This document shows positions 31,484 through 40,332 of a DNA stretch of 64,000 bases, in pieces. The notes beneath the pieces were generated by a model that was given only the letters and a program-made list of their open reading frames with translations, did no database searches and had not been told where the DNA came from. The number at the start of each line of letters is the position of its first letter. The stretch's first letter is position 1. The stretch is from IMG/VR virus record IMGVR_UViG_3300033177_000258, one strand, 5' to 3'. A program made the position numbers and the translations under genes. Source of the stretch: a virus (taxonomy: Duplodnaviria; Caudoviricetes).

Positions 31484-32518
31484 ATGAGCATCTGTGCAGT
31501 GCCATGGTTCAGGATGGAAGTTCACGAAAACCGTCTGTGCCCGTGCAACCTCATCCATCCTCAGCTCTTCTGGCACGCTAAGCGGAGCCGTTACTGGGAC
31601 TTCCTGGAAGACGGTGTGAAGCCGCTGGTGAACAGCTTGCAGTACCAGCAGTTCAGGACCAGCATGGCAGCGACCGAAGCGGAGGGTGCCTGTGGCGCCG
31701 AACGACGTTGTGGCGCCCCCTCCGCCTTTCCCAACCTTCCCGTCCACGCGCTCCCGTCTATCGCGGAGAACTACCGCCTCGTCAAAGAGGATTGGGAAGC
31801 GCGCAGCCCTATTCTGCGCGGCGTCCCTCCGGTGTGGACAGTCTCTACTGGCGCGCGTTGTGACATGCGCTGTGTAATGTGTCCCATTGACCACAGTCTG
31901 GACATCCCGCCGCTTACGACAGATGCGGCGACGCAGCTTCGAGAAGCGGCCGAACTAGCGCTCAACTGGACGGTAGTTGGGGGCGAGCCACTTCATTCCC
32001 CTGCGGCTGTCCTGGATTCGATTCTTCCCACACCTCACCCCTGCCGGAAGGTGATGATGCTCACGTCTCTTTCGGCGCCGACAGATGTGGTCGCGGCCAT
32101 CATTGACCGGCTCACGCACATCACGGTCTCGTTGTGCGCCCCCTCCGAGCGCATCTACAACAAGGTGCAGGTGGGCGGGAACTTCCGTTGGGTCATGGAC
32201 AACATCCAGCTTGCGGTCCCCCGGACCATAGCCGACTGCTCTCAGATTATCATGGCCTCCACCCTGCCCACCCTGGCGTACATGGGCCCGTTCCTGGACG
32301 ACCTCGGGTTCCAGTTCTTGACCCCGACGCCCATGGTTAACATCAAGGGGCCCGATGAGGAGGACATCTTCGGCAAAGCTGCGACGGACGCGACGACCCG
32401 AGAACTCATTCGCCAAAGAGAGCTGGCTGAAGAGTTGACGGCGGGGCGGAACATAGTCTGTAATTGGGGCATCTTCGATTCTGCCCTATTGAGACTCAGG
32501 ACACGGTTCAACCTATGA
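31484..32518 (+). CDS. Radical SAM protein with N-terminal SPASM-like segment
   Basis: C.VPW N-terminus; CDMRCVMC; GGEP. Confidence 0.85.
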   Translation: MSICAVPWFRMEVHENRLCPCNLIHPQLFWHAKRSRYWDFLEDGVKPLVNSLQYQQFRTSMAATEAEGACGAERRCGAPSAFPNLPVHALPSIAENYRLVKEDWEARSPILRGVPPVWTVSTGARCDMRCVMCPIDHSLDIPPLTTDAATQLREAAELALNWTVVGGEPLHSPAAVLDSILPTPHPCRKVMMLTSLSAPTDVVAAIIDRLTHITVSLCAPSERIYNKVQVGGNFRWVMDNIQLAVPRTIADCSQIIMASTLPTLAYMGPFLDDLGFQFLTPTPMVNIKGPDEEDIFGKAATDATTRELIRQRELAEELTAGRNIVCNWGIFDSALLRLRTRFNL

Positions 32519-33240
32519 AGCGGGCTTTGATGGCGGAGCAAACCAAGACGTGGTTCGACGCGCAGTGGAAGCGAGGCGTCGCCAATGTTGCCGGTCGCGT
32601 ATTGGACTTTGGCTGCGGCACTTCTACTGAGCCGGTATGCCTTGCTCAACTTCCTGGGGTGGACCACGTATATGCTTACGACATCGGCATGGACCGCCAG
32701 TGGGTCCAGTCTGCTATAGAGGAGTACGGGTGCGCCGACAGGGTGACGATAGTCATTGGGCCAGACGAACTGGAGCGACTGGCGTCGGCCTCGTTTGACA
32801 CGGCCTTCTGTTGGAACGTGACGGAGCACCTGGAGTGCCCCATTGCCGAGTTCGAGCGCGTCGCCAACCTGCTCAAGCCGGGCGGGCTTTGGTCCATCAG
32901 GCACCACTGCTACTACTCGTACATGGATGGACACCACCTACTCATTCCCTTCTACCTTGACCATGAGAACGAGGAGTGGCGTCACCGCCTGCAGTTTGGT
33001 GCCCACCTGTCGGACAGTGACGCTTTCATCAGGACTCACCGTCATCAGATACGCGGCATGACTCTCAACATGATGACGCTCTTCCAGGTCCGTGCCTTTC
33101 TGATTCTGGCCGGCTTTGAGATTGTGGAGTGGGAAGTACAGCATTGGCCAGACACAACGGGCATCCCTCGCTCCCTCGACATTTCGGAGCTTGACGCCAC
33201 CGCTGCGCACCTGCATGTTGTAGCTCGAAAGGAGCCCTGA
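32515..33240 (+). CDS. Class I SAM-dependent methyltransferase
   Basis: VLDFGCG, SFD....NVTEHL, LLKPGG. Confidence 0.88.
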   Translation: MKRALMAEQTKTWFDAQWKRGVANVAGRVLDFGCGTSTEPVCLAQLPGVDHVYAYDIGMDRQWVQSAIEEYGCADRVTIVIGPDELERLASASFDTAFCWNVTEHLECPIAEFERVANLLKPGGLWSIRHHCYYSYMDGHHLLIPFYLDHENEEWRHRLQFGAHLSDSDAFIRTHRHQIRGMTLNMMTLFQVRAFLILAGFEIVEWEVQHWPDTTGIPRSLDISELDATAAHLHVVARKEP

Positions 33241-33244
33241 AGCC

Positions 33245-36076
33245 ATGCCGTTGACAGGTCTAACGCCCGAGCAGTTTGCCGCCGCGACCGCGCCTCCGTC
33301 GCCCACCATCATTGTCGCCGGTCCTGGAAGTGGGAAGACCCGCACCATCGTCGCGCGGGCTCGCCACTACTCACAGGTGATTGACCCTCGCCGCATCCTG
33401 CTTGTCACATTCACCAACAAGGCGGCCCGTGAGGCGGGGGAGAGGCTCGCCAGCTACGGCGCGGCCGGCTTCCACACGTCAACCTTCCACTCCCTTTGCG
33501 CTCAGAACCTGCTGGCGCGGACCAAGTTCTCCATCGCCGATGAAGACGCGGCCAAGTCCATCATCAAGGAAGCCATCGAAATGGGCGGGCTGGGCCTGGA
33601 CCCCGGCCGGGTCCGAGACTGGATTAGCTGCGAGCGCAACAAGGGCTTCACGCTGACGGAGCCGCCGCCCCAGGCCGTTGACGAGTTCATGGAAATCTGG
33701 AAGCAGTATGATGCCCTGAAGGCCCACTACAGACTGCTAGACTTTGACGATTTACTGTCTGAGTTCGTCTCGACAGGCATCGTGGATGAAGTGGCGCAAT
33801 TCTTCCAGATGGTGCTGGTAGATGAGGTGCAGGACACGAACATTGGCCAGTATAGGATAGTAGAGCGTCTTGCTGCGCCCCATAGAAATGTAACCATGGT
33901 AGGGGACGTTGACCAGTGCGTAGCCCCTGAAACCATGATACGCATTGGAGGCTCGGGGCGTAGGATAGACCAGTGCCGCCCTGGCACAATGGTTACGGCC
34001 ATTGGGCGGGAAGGCGCCCATCGCAGCATGATTTCCGACAGAAAGGAATTGTGGGGGCCGCGTTTGCGTGTGACGCTTTCCAATGGTTCGAGCCTCGTTT
34101 GCTCCCCGTCCCACAAGATGTTTGCCAGGATGCCTCGCGAGAGCGCCGGGAACGATGGGTTGGTCTACCTCATGCGCGACGCCACAGGTCAGCGATGGCG
34201 CGTGGGCCGCACTAAAATGCGCTTTCGCAGCAATAGCCCAGGAAGAACATGGACTGGCCTCCATAATCGGCTTCATTTCGAGAAAGGCGATTGCGCCTGG
34301 ATTGTAAAGTCGGACCTGACTGCCTCTGAAGCGGCTTCTTGGGAGCAGATAACGGCTTGTCGCTACGGCATACCCACAGCATGTTTCTCTGCGAAACCAG
34401 GAGCTATGAGCCAGGAAACAATTGACGCGATTTATGATGGCCTGGAAGGGGGGAGGGAAGGGGCGGCTCGTTTACTTGCTGACTTGGGTTATGACACCGC
34501 CCACCCACATGCCACCACTAACCGCGCCTGGCGCGAAGCGGATTATGCCCCGATGTTGAACCTGGTCATGAATTGCGCTCGGCCGAGGCGGCGCCATCGC
34601 ATTCAGTTGGAAAGTCGCTGTAGGAAGACGGCGGAACGGGTTGCCTCGGTGCTTGGGGCGAGTGCTATCCGTATAGGTGACGCGGGTTGGAGAGTGGCGA
34701 CGGAATCGTCCAGCTTTGAGCTTCTTGTGGAGCAGGCGGCTCTAATCAGGCGCACGATGGGGGACGGAGTAGATTTCCGTGAAACGGCAAACTTTCCTCA
34801 AGGGCGTTTCGACGTGATGCCTGCGTCCAACCTGTGCGTTGGGATGGAAGTTCCGGTTATAGTGGGGGAGCATCACGTAGTAGCAGTAGTTTCGTCAGTA
34901 ATCCCTGTCGGGGATGGGCCGCTGGTTGACATATCCATTCCTGAGTATGGCAATTATGTCGCCAATGGCATCGTGACCCACAACAGCATCTACGGCTGGC
35001 GCGGGGCACAGCCCGGTAACTTGGAGAAGTTCGCCACCGAGTTCAACGCCCAGGTCTTCGAATTGACCTACAACCACCGCTCCACCAGTCGCATCGTGGA
35101 CTTCAGCCGGAAGGTCATTGACCAGTACCCCGCCCCGATGCGGACTTCCGCTCTGCAGTCCACCCGGCCCGAGGGGCATCACCCGTCAGTCTACGTCTAC
35201 TATGACAACGAGGCGGAAGCACGTGCCATTTCGACCTGGTGTCGCGACCTGATGAACCAGGGCGTCCCGGCGCGCGAAATCGCCGTGCTCTTCAGGACCA
35301 ACGCCCAGACCCAGCCGGTCGAGGAGGCTTTCACGGAGAGCCGTCTCGGCTACACCGTTGTGGGGGCCATGTCGTTCTACGACCGCAAAGAGGTGCGCGA
35401 TGCGCTCTCGTTCGTGCGGGTCCTGGTCAACGACATGGACGTGCCCAGCTTCCGGCGTAGCCTGCTGTGCGTGCCGGGCGTCGGTGACGGCAGCGTCCGC
35501 GACCTCGTGGGCATCATGAACCAGGAGAGCTGTGGGCCGCTGGCGGCCATCGCGCGCTACTGCTCGGGCAAGTCCGGGGACCGCGCCGAAATGCTCCAGC
35601 GCTATGCCGATGCGATGTACCAGATGCAGCAGATGCGCCCCGAAGAGGGCATCAAGCTGGCCGCCGACGAGTTCCTGACGGCGAAGTACGCTTCGGACCA
35701 GCGGGCCCAGGACCGCATGGAGAACGTTGAGGCGCTGTACAATGTGGCGGCCAAGTTCGCTACGGCCAGCCAGTTCATCACCTCCGTCTCGCTCGTGTCA
35801 TCTTCCGATGAGGAGCACCAGGGTGTCTGCCTGGCCACCTGCCACGCGGTCAAGGGCCTGGAGTTCTCGGCGGTCTGGGTGGCCGGCGTCGAAGACGGGC
35901 TCTTCCCTCACGTCAAAGCCGATAGCGACGAGGAAGAGAACCGCTTGCTCTACGTCGCCTGCACCCGCGCCAAGGACATCCTGTCCCTGAGCTGGTGCCG
36001 GATGCGCAAGCACTGGGGCAAGACCTCAACCACTGACCCGAGTCCATATCTGGTAGCCATGGGAGCTGCGAAATGA
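33245..36076 (+). CDS. uvrD: UvrD/PcrA helicase, interrupted by an intein
   Basis: AGPGSGKT, TFTNKAA, DEVQD, GDVDQ|SIYGWRGA, KGLEF, YVACTRA. Confidence 0.93.
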   Translation: MPLTGLTPEQFAAATAPPSPTIIVAGPGSGKTRTIVARARHYSQVIDPRRILLVTFTNKAAREAGERLASYGAAGFHTSTFHSLCAQNLLARTKFSIADEDAAKSIIKEAIEMGGLGLDPGRVRDWISCERNKGFTLTEPPPQAVDEFMEIWKQYDALKAHYRLLDFDDLLSEFVSTGIVDEVAQFFQMVLVDEVQDTNIGQYRIVERLAAPHRNVTMVGDVDQCVAPETMIRIGGSGRRIDQCRPGTMVTAIGREGAHRSMISDRKELWGPRLRVTLSNGSSLVCSPSHKMFARMPRESAGNDGLVYLMRDATGQRWRVGRTKMRFRSNSPGRTWTGLHNRLHFEKGDCAWIVKSDLTASEAASWEQITACRYGIPTACFSAKPGAMSQETIDAIYDGLEGGREGAARLLADLGYDTAHPHATTNRAWREADYAPMLNLVMNCARPRRRHRIQLESRCRKTAERVASVLGASAIRIGDAGWRVATESSSFELLVEQAALIRRTMGDGVDFRETANFPQGRFDVMPASNLCVGMEVPVIVGEHHVVAVVSSVIPVGDGPLVDISIPEYGNYVANGIVTHNSIYGWRGAQPGNLEKFATEFNAQVFELTYNHRSTSRIVDFSRKVIDQYPAPMRTSALQSTRPEGHHPSVYVYYDNEAEARAISTWCRDLMNQGVPAREIAVLFRTNAQTQPVEEAFTESRLGYTVVGAMSFYDRKEVRDALSFVRVLVNDMDVPSFRRSLLCVPGVGDGSVRDLVGIMNQESCGPLAAIARYCSGKSGDRAEMLQRYADAMYQMQQMRPEEGIKLAADEFLTAKYASDQRAQDRMENVEALYNVAAKFATASQFITSVSLVSSSDEEHQGVCLATCHAVKGLEFSAVWVAGVEDGLFPHVKADSDEEENRLLYVACTRAKDILSLSWCRMRKHWGKTSTTDPSPYLVAMGAAK
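33917..34984 (+). mobile_element. Intein (356 aa) in helicase motif III
   Basis: CVAPET start, SPSH block B, NYVANGIVTHN/S; removing it restores GDxDQSIYxWRG. Confidence 0.92.
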
Positions 36077-37113
36077 GTATCCCGCTTTCCGAACATGTAG
36101 CCGAGCGCGGGGCCTTCTCCGAGAGCGACTTTGAGGCCCTGTCCGCTTTACTGGCCCAAGTCGAATCCAACGATGTGCTGGCCGACGACAGCGATGGGGT
36201 GGCCATCAGGCCATTGGGCCCGCTCGCGGTCTCCAGCCTGACCACGCTCTCCATCACCCAACAGCTCAGCACCAGGCAGTTCCCTGCTTGGTTGGCTGCG
36301 CAGAAGACCACGCGCGAAATCATGCGCCTCATCCTGCACCACACCCAGACCCTGAGTTCTACCTGGAAGGGCGAGGAGAGCATCCGCGACTGCTGGAACT
36401 GGCATGTGTTGGAGCGTGGCTGGCGGCATATCGGCTACCACTTCATCATCGCCCCAGATGGCAGCATCTGGGTCTGCCGGCCGCTCAACTGGACGGGCGC
36501 CCATGCCGGCCCGACCGGCAACCCCATGTCCATAGGCGTCTCTCTGTGGGCCGACCTGACCCAGGAAGAGCCAACCGAGGCGGCGCTGGAAGCGCTGGGT
36601 ATCGTGTGGGCTTCGGCAACCGACTTCTTCGGCATGCGGCCCGAAGTCTTCTTCCACCGCGACTTCATGCAGACGGACTGTCCCGGCAACATCGAGAAGG
36701 GGGATGTATCCTACTACGCGGCGGATGCAGAAATGCAACTCGGCAAAGGAAGCGCCGAGCGCCGCCTGCATAACGGCAAGTGCGGGGTCTCGGTCAAGGG
36801 CCGCGTGTACGCAGACGCGGGCTGGTGCCAGGACGGTATATGCTGGCTTCCCGCCAGTCTCGTCTCCGGCCTGGGCTACCAGGTGCAGTGGGATGGGAAG
36901 CGCAAGCTGGGCGTCATCTACAACGACAACCGCGTCTTCCACTCCATCCCCGCCGTGCCGGCGCTCGCCGGCCGGCCGCAGTGCTTCGCGGTCAACAGCT
37001 ACATCCCCTGCTTCATCAGCAGCGAGAACAAGCTGTATGTCGCCGCTCGCCCGCTGGCGCAGGCGCTCGGTGTCCAGGTCGGGTGGGAGAACAACACACT
37101 GACACTCGGTTAG
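36073..37113 (+). CDS. N-acetylmuramoyl-L-alanine amidase (Amidase_2)
   Basis: ILHHT, GW.HIGYHF, GAHA, HRDF..TDCPG; C-terminal V.WD/E repeats. Confidence 0.9.
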   Translation: MSIPLSEHVAERGAFSESDFEALSALLAQVESNDVLADDSDGVAIRPLGPLAVSSLTTLSITQQLSTRQFPAWLAAQKTTREIMRLILHHTQTLSSTWKGEESIRDCWNWHVLERGWRHIGYHFIIAPDGSIWVCRPLNWTGAHAGPTGNPMSIGVSLWADLTQEEPTEAALEALGIVWASATDFFGMRPEVFFHRDFMQTDCPGNIEKGDVSYYAADAEMQLGKGSAERRLHNGKCGVSVKGRVYADAGWCQDGICWLPASLVSGLGYQVQWDGKRKLGVIYNDNRVFHSIPAVPALAGRPQCFAVNSYIPCFISSENKLYVAARPLAQALGVQVGWENNTLTLG

Positions 37114-37135
37114 GGCGCGCAACCAGGAGGCCAGA

Positions 37136-37333
37136 ATGAAGCCAACCAAGAAAGAGCTCCCGCCCGAGCCATTGTACTCCATCTGCCGAGACTGCGCGGA
37201 GAAGCGCGGGTGGGAGCCTGTTAGCTTCCCCGTAGGTGTCTGGACGGGGGAGTGCGAGGTGTGTGGTGAGACCAAACTGTGCACGGCACAGCGCGACTAC
37301 AAGCGGTCTCCGACTAACCCCTACGGCCGGTGA
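37136..37333 (+). CDS. Small zinc-finger protein
   Basis: AGGAGG SD; CRDC...CEVC. Confidence 0.7.
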   Translation: MKPTKKELPPEPLYSICRDCAEKRGWEPVSFPVGVWTGECEVCGETKLCTAQRDYKRSPTNPYGR

Positions 37334-37373
37334 CCTGCCGTACAGATAGATGGGTTACGAGCAAAGATTCTCC

Positions 37374-37402
37374 TTGACTTCTCCCAAGAAGCTCTGTAGA
37401 AT
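37374..37402 (+). promoter_or_regulatory. Sigma70-type promoter of the tRNA region
   Basis: TTGACT-17-TAGAAT, 12 nt before the tRNA. Confidence 0.8.
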
Positions 37403-37414
37403 AAGCTCCAGTGA

Positions 37415-37490
37415 CGCGGGGATAAGCCAGGCAGGCTACAACGTCTCATTAGCGTTGAATGACCGGGTTGGAGTCCCGGCCCCGCTACCA
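37415..37490 (+). tRNA. Atypical initiator-like tRNA-Met(CAT)
   Basis: CGCGGGG/CCCCGCT acceptor, AACGT-CTCATTA-GCGTT, CCGGG-TTGGAGT-CCCGG, ACCA end. Confidence 0.7.
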
Positions 37491-37548
37491 AAGTACCTTG
37501 ACATCTGAAACTTTTCCAGTGCTACCCATGACGTGGGTTCGATTTTGC

Positions 37549-37558
37549 GGAATACTTC
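37549..37558 (+). promoter_or_regulatory. GGAATACTTC motif upstream of the LAGLIDADG-like gene
   Basis: GGAATACTTC-N5-GGTGATG-ACCA-ATG. Confidence 0.65.
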
Positions 37559-37574
37559 TCTCTGGTGATGACCA

Positions 37575-38267
37575 ATGGCTAAGCCGGAATTGAGAGAGAA
37601 GGCCCGAGCGCTCAGGCGTGAGGGCAAGTCCGTGAAGTACATCCAGAAAGCACTCGGGGTATCTTCGTCATCTGTCAGTAGATGGGTGAAGAGCGTTGAG
37701 CTAACTGAAGAGCAGAAGCAAGCACTGCGGGATGCCAGCGGCGGAGACCGGCGTGCGCTTGTAGGCGAAGAGGCATTGGCCAAACGCAGGGAGCGCGCCG
37801 AGCAGCGGTGGAAGCAGGCAGAAGAAGAGGCGGAGAAGCAGTGGCCCGAGCTCGTCAAAGACCCGCTCTTTGGTATCGGGCTGGGCTGCTACATCGGCGA
37901 AGGCACCAAAGGCAACGGCGTAGTGACTATCTGCAACTCCGACCTGTTTGTTGTCAAGAACTTCATCGAGTTCAGCCGGCTAATCGGCGCCGACATAGAC
38001 AGGATGAGGCTTACGGTGCACATGGCCTACGACCCGACCCCGGAGCAGCGAAAAGCTGTTCTTGAGCACTGGCTCGCAGGCTTGGGCGTCTCTCCTTCGC
38101 AGTTGGCTCCTCAACCAATAATACTGAAGCGGGGAGCCGGTCCACTCCGCAATGGCGGTGAAGGTTCTCGGCGTAGCCTGCTGTATGGAGTTGCGCGTTT
38201 TGGTTGCACAGACGTTCAACTCAGTAAGAAGCTGCACTGGTGGATGCGTAAAGCACTGGGAAAGTGA
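37575..38267 (+). CDS. HTH plus LAGLIDADG-like putative endonuclease
   Basis: N-terminal HTH (GKSVKYIQKALGVSSSSVSRWV); 'GLGCYIGEGTK...ICNSD'. Confidence 0.65.
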   Translation: MAKPELREKARALRREGKSVKYIQKALGVSSSSVSRWVKSVELTEEQKQALRDASGGDRRALVGEEALAKRRERAEQRWKQAEEEAEKQWPELVKDPLFGIGLGCYIGEGTKGNGVVTICNSDLFVVKNFIEFSRLIGADIDRMRLTVHMAYDPTPEQRKAVLEHWLAGLGVSPSQLAPQPIILKRGAGPLRNGGEGSRRSLLYGVARFGCTDVQLSKKLHWWMRKALGK

Positions 38268-38278
38268 AGATGTTAGTA

Positions 38279-38353
38279 CGCGGGGAGCGTGTTGGCTCGC
38301 CAGCGTGGCCCATTACCACGCCTACCCACGTTCGATTCGTGGCCCCGCTCCCA
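38279..38353 (+). tRNA. Atypical initiator-like tRNA-Met(CAT)
   Basis: CGCGGGG/CCCCGCT, CGTGG-CCCATTA-CCACG, CCACG-TTCGATT-CGTGG, CCA; irregular D arm. Confidence 0.7.
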
Positions 38354-38458
38354 TATTTCGACTGAGGCAAACCCATGTCCGCGCTGCTTAGCCCAGGCCC
38401 GCTCCTGGGCGAGCGATAGACGCAACCATCTGCACAAGGGAAGGAGAGCACCAAGACA

Positions 38459-38689
38459 ATGAAGACCACCAAGCAGGCAGTCGTGTTGTCGGATACCGCA
38501 ATGAGCATCCTGCGGACCCTCAATGACGGCGGCACCATGAGCAAGGACGCAGTTCTGGCCAAGATGCGCGGTACCTGCCCGGCCGGCCCCACGAGCCGCT
38601 CACTGAGCACTCTGGTCGGCAAGGGTATGGTCAAGGAGACGAGCAAGGGCTTCAGCATCATGGCGGCGGGCCGCAAGGCCATCGCGTAG
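38459..38689 (+). CDS. Small basic winged-helix protein
   Basis: 'SRSLSTLVGKGMVKE....FSI...GRK'; AAGGAG upstream. Confidence 0.65.
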   Translation: MKTTKQAVVLSDTAMSILRTLNDGGTMSKDAVLAKMRGTCPAGPTSRSLSTLVGKGMVKETSKGFSIMAAGRKAIA

Positions 38690-38714
38690 GACCGGCAGCA
38701 CCGACAAGAAGGTA

Positions 38715-38740
38715 CGGGGCGCCCCCTGCGGGGCGCCCCG
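38715..38740 (+). terminator. GC-rich hairpin, possible terminator
   Basis: CGGGGCGCCCC-CTGC-GGGGCGCCCCG; weak U tail. Confidence 0.5.
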
Positions 38741-38768
38741 TTGCATTGTACAGATAGAGTGGGAGAGT

Positions 38769-38844
38769 GGCTGGGTAGCTTAGTTGGCAGAGCAGACGGC
38801 CCATACCCGGAAGGTCGCGGGTTCGACCCCCGCCCCAGCTACCA
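38769..38844 (+). tRNA. tRNA-Met(CAT), elongator-like
   Basis: GGCTGGG/CCCAGCT, canonical D and T arms, loop CC-CAT-AC, only 3 anticodon-stem pairs. Confidence 0.8.
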
Positions 38845-38864
38845 ACATTCTTCTGGAGCGCGCG

Positions 38865-39458
38865 ATGAATACCACAGAGTACCTGATGCGCTACTTTTCG
38901 GCGGCCGGCAAGCTGGCGGCCGACGAGAACCTATGGGACAAGGTGAAAGCCTTTGTGGGGGTGCTGCGGCGGGTCAAGCGCAACGAAGGCCGGGTCTTTG
39001 TCATCGGCCTGGGCGGCAGCGCCGCCAACGCTTCCCATGCGGTCAATGACTTCAGGAAGATTGCCGACATCGAGACCTACGCCCCCACCGACAATGTGGC
39101 GGAGCTGACGGCTCGCATCAACGACCAGGACTTCGACACGTCGCTGGTGGAGTGGCTGAAGGGCTCCAGGCTCAGGACCAACGATGTTCTGCTGGTGCTG
39201 TCCACCGGCGGAGGTTCGTACAAGTTTGGCAAGCCCACCTCGGCGCCCCTCCTTATGGCGGCGCAGTGGGCCAGACAGCAGGGCGCGGAAGTGGTCTCCA
39301 TCCTGGGGAACCCCAAGGGACTTCTCAACCTGCCGTCCTACTCTTCGCTGGTCATCGTCACACCCGCGCCATCCGGTTTCATGGTCCCGCTGGCCGAGTC
39401 CTTCCAGGCGGTTGTGTGGCACGCGGCCTGCAACGCCGTGGCCCAGGATGAAGACTAA
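38865..39458 (+). CDS. gmhA: SIS-domain phosphoheptose isomerase-like protein
   Basis: G.GGSAANASH, LTARIND, LSTGG, ESFQ. Confidence 0.75.
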   Translation: MNTTEYLMRYFSAAGKLAADENLWDKVKAFVGVLRRVKRNEGRVFVIGLGGSAANASHAVNDFRKIADIETYAPTDNVAELTARINDQDFDTSLVEWLKGSRLRTNDVLLVLSTGGGSYKFGKPTSAPLLMAAQWARQQGAEVVSILGNPKGLLNLPSYSSLVIVTPAPSGFMVPLAESFQAVVWHAACNAVAQDED

Positions 39459-39883
39459 TGTACCAGAACTGTCACGTGCCTTGGTTCACTACGTTCATCG
39501 AGCCGTTCACGCCTCCCGTCTGTTGCCTGATGGACCTCCAGGAACGCGCCATCATGCGTCCGCCCCCGGATGCGGCCCCCGCCGCGTGGGTGTACATTGA
39601 CGAAGACCTGACGTGGTGGCGCGAAGGCCCGGAGTTCCAGCGGGCGCGCGAGTTGGTGACCGGCCGCCTCTGCGGCTTCCAGGGCGTCATTACGGCGCAC
39701 AGCGAGTACCTCAACGGCTCCGTCCGGTACACCATCGAGGCCGACACGCTGGACAAGGACGGCAAGGTCCGCGATGGCGAGACGTTCGATGAACTGATGC
39801 TCGACCCCATCGAGACGCCGAAGGAAGAGCGCGTCAACCCCGGCCGCAAGGGCGGCCCGGCGCCGAACCCGCCGAAGATGTAG
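39458..39883 (+). CDS. Hypothetical protein, apparently chimeric
   Basis: SPASM-like N-terminus (C.VPW..CC) joined to 'GFQGVITAHSEYLNG...FDE'. Confidence 0.55.
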   Translation: MYQNCHVPWFTTFIEPFTPPVCCLMDLQERAIMRPPPDAAPAAWVYIDEDLTWWREGPEFQRARELVTGRLCGFQGVITAHSEYLNGSVRYTIEADTLDKDGKVRDGETFDELMLDPIETPKEERVNPGRKGGPAPNPPKM

Positions 39884-39891
39884 TGAGTAGT

Positions 39892-40166
39892 GTCCGTGGA
39901 CTTACCGGGGCCCTGGGTAGGGCGCGCGCCTCGGTCTGAGGAACACCGGCTGCCAACAAGCCCAGGGCCCTGACAACCCGGTAAGTCCACGGACGAAAGA
40001 TGTGGGGCCTTCCCGCTAGGGGCGGCGCGCACCGCTCGGCCCCACCTGACCCGCAGGAACCTTGGGAATGTCATGGACGGGGAGTAGCCGGTTCCCACTT
40101 AGTGCTGGTGGCCCCACCTTATCACGTGTGAGGGTGGGTGCACACCTTGGCAGGCGCTCCTGCGGG
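39892..40166 (+). ncRNA. Structured intergenic RNA(s) of unknown class
   Basis: Perfect 18-bp stem 39892-39909/39977-39994; stems 40002-40009/40038-40045 and 40050-40058/40158-40166. Confidence 0.55.
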
Positions 40167-40170
40167 CTGT

Positions 40171-40248
40171 GCATCGTTAGCTCAGTTGGAAACGAGCGCT
40201 GCCCTGCGGAGGCAGAGGCCCCTGGTTCGAGTCCAGGACGGTGCACCA
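40171..40248 (+). tRNA. tRNA-Arg(GCG)
   Basis: Full cloverleaf, CTGCC-CTGCGGA-GGCAG, ACCA. Confidence 0.92.
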
Positions 40249-40256
40249 TAGTTTTC

Positions 40257-40332
40257 GGGCTCGTAGCTCAGGGGACAGAGCCGGGGTTTTCTAAGCCTTG
40301 GGGCGGGGGTTCGAATCCTCCCGAGCCTACCA
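40257..40332 (+). tRNA. tRNA-Arg(TCT)
   Basis: GGGCTCG/CGAGCCT, loop TT-TCT-AA, TTCGAAT, ACCA. Confidence 0.88.

Noticed and set aside
39880-40000. Hammerhead ribozyme (CTGAGGA and GGACGAAA present)
   Set aside because: The two core segments do not flank a common stem II in the required arrangement.
40257-40332. Possible amber suppressor (CTA appears in TTTTCTAA)
   Set aside because: Stem pairing centres the 7-nt loop on TCT. Genes end normally in TAG, TGA and TAA, so there is no sign of recoding.
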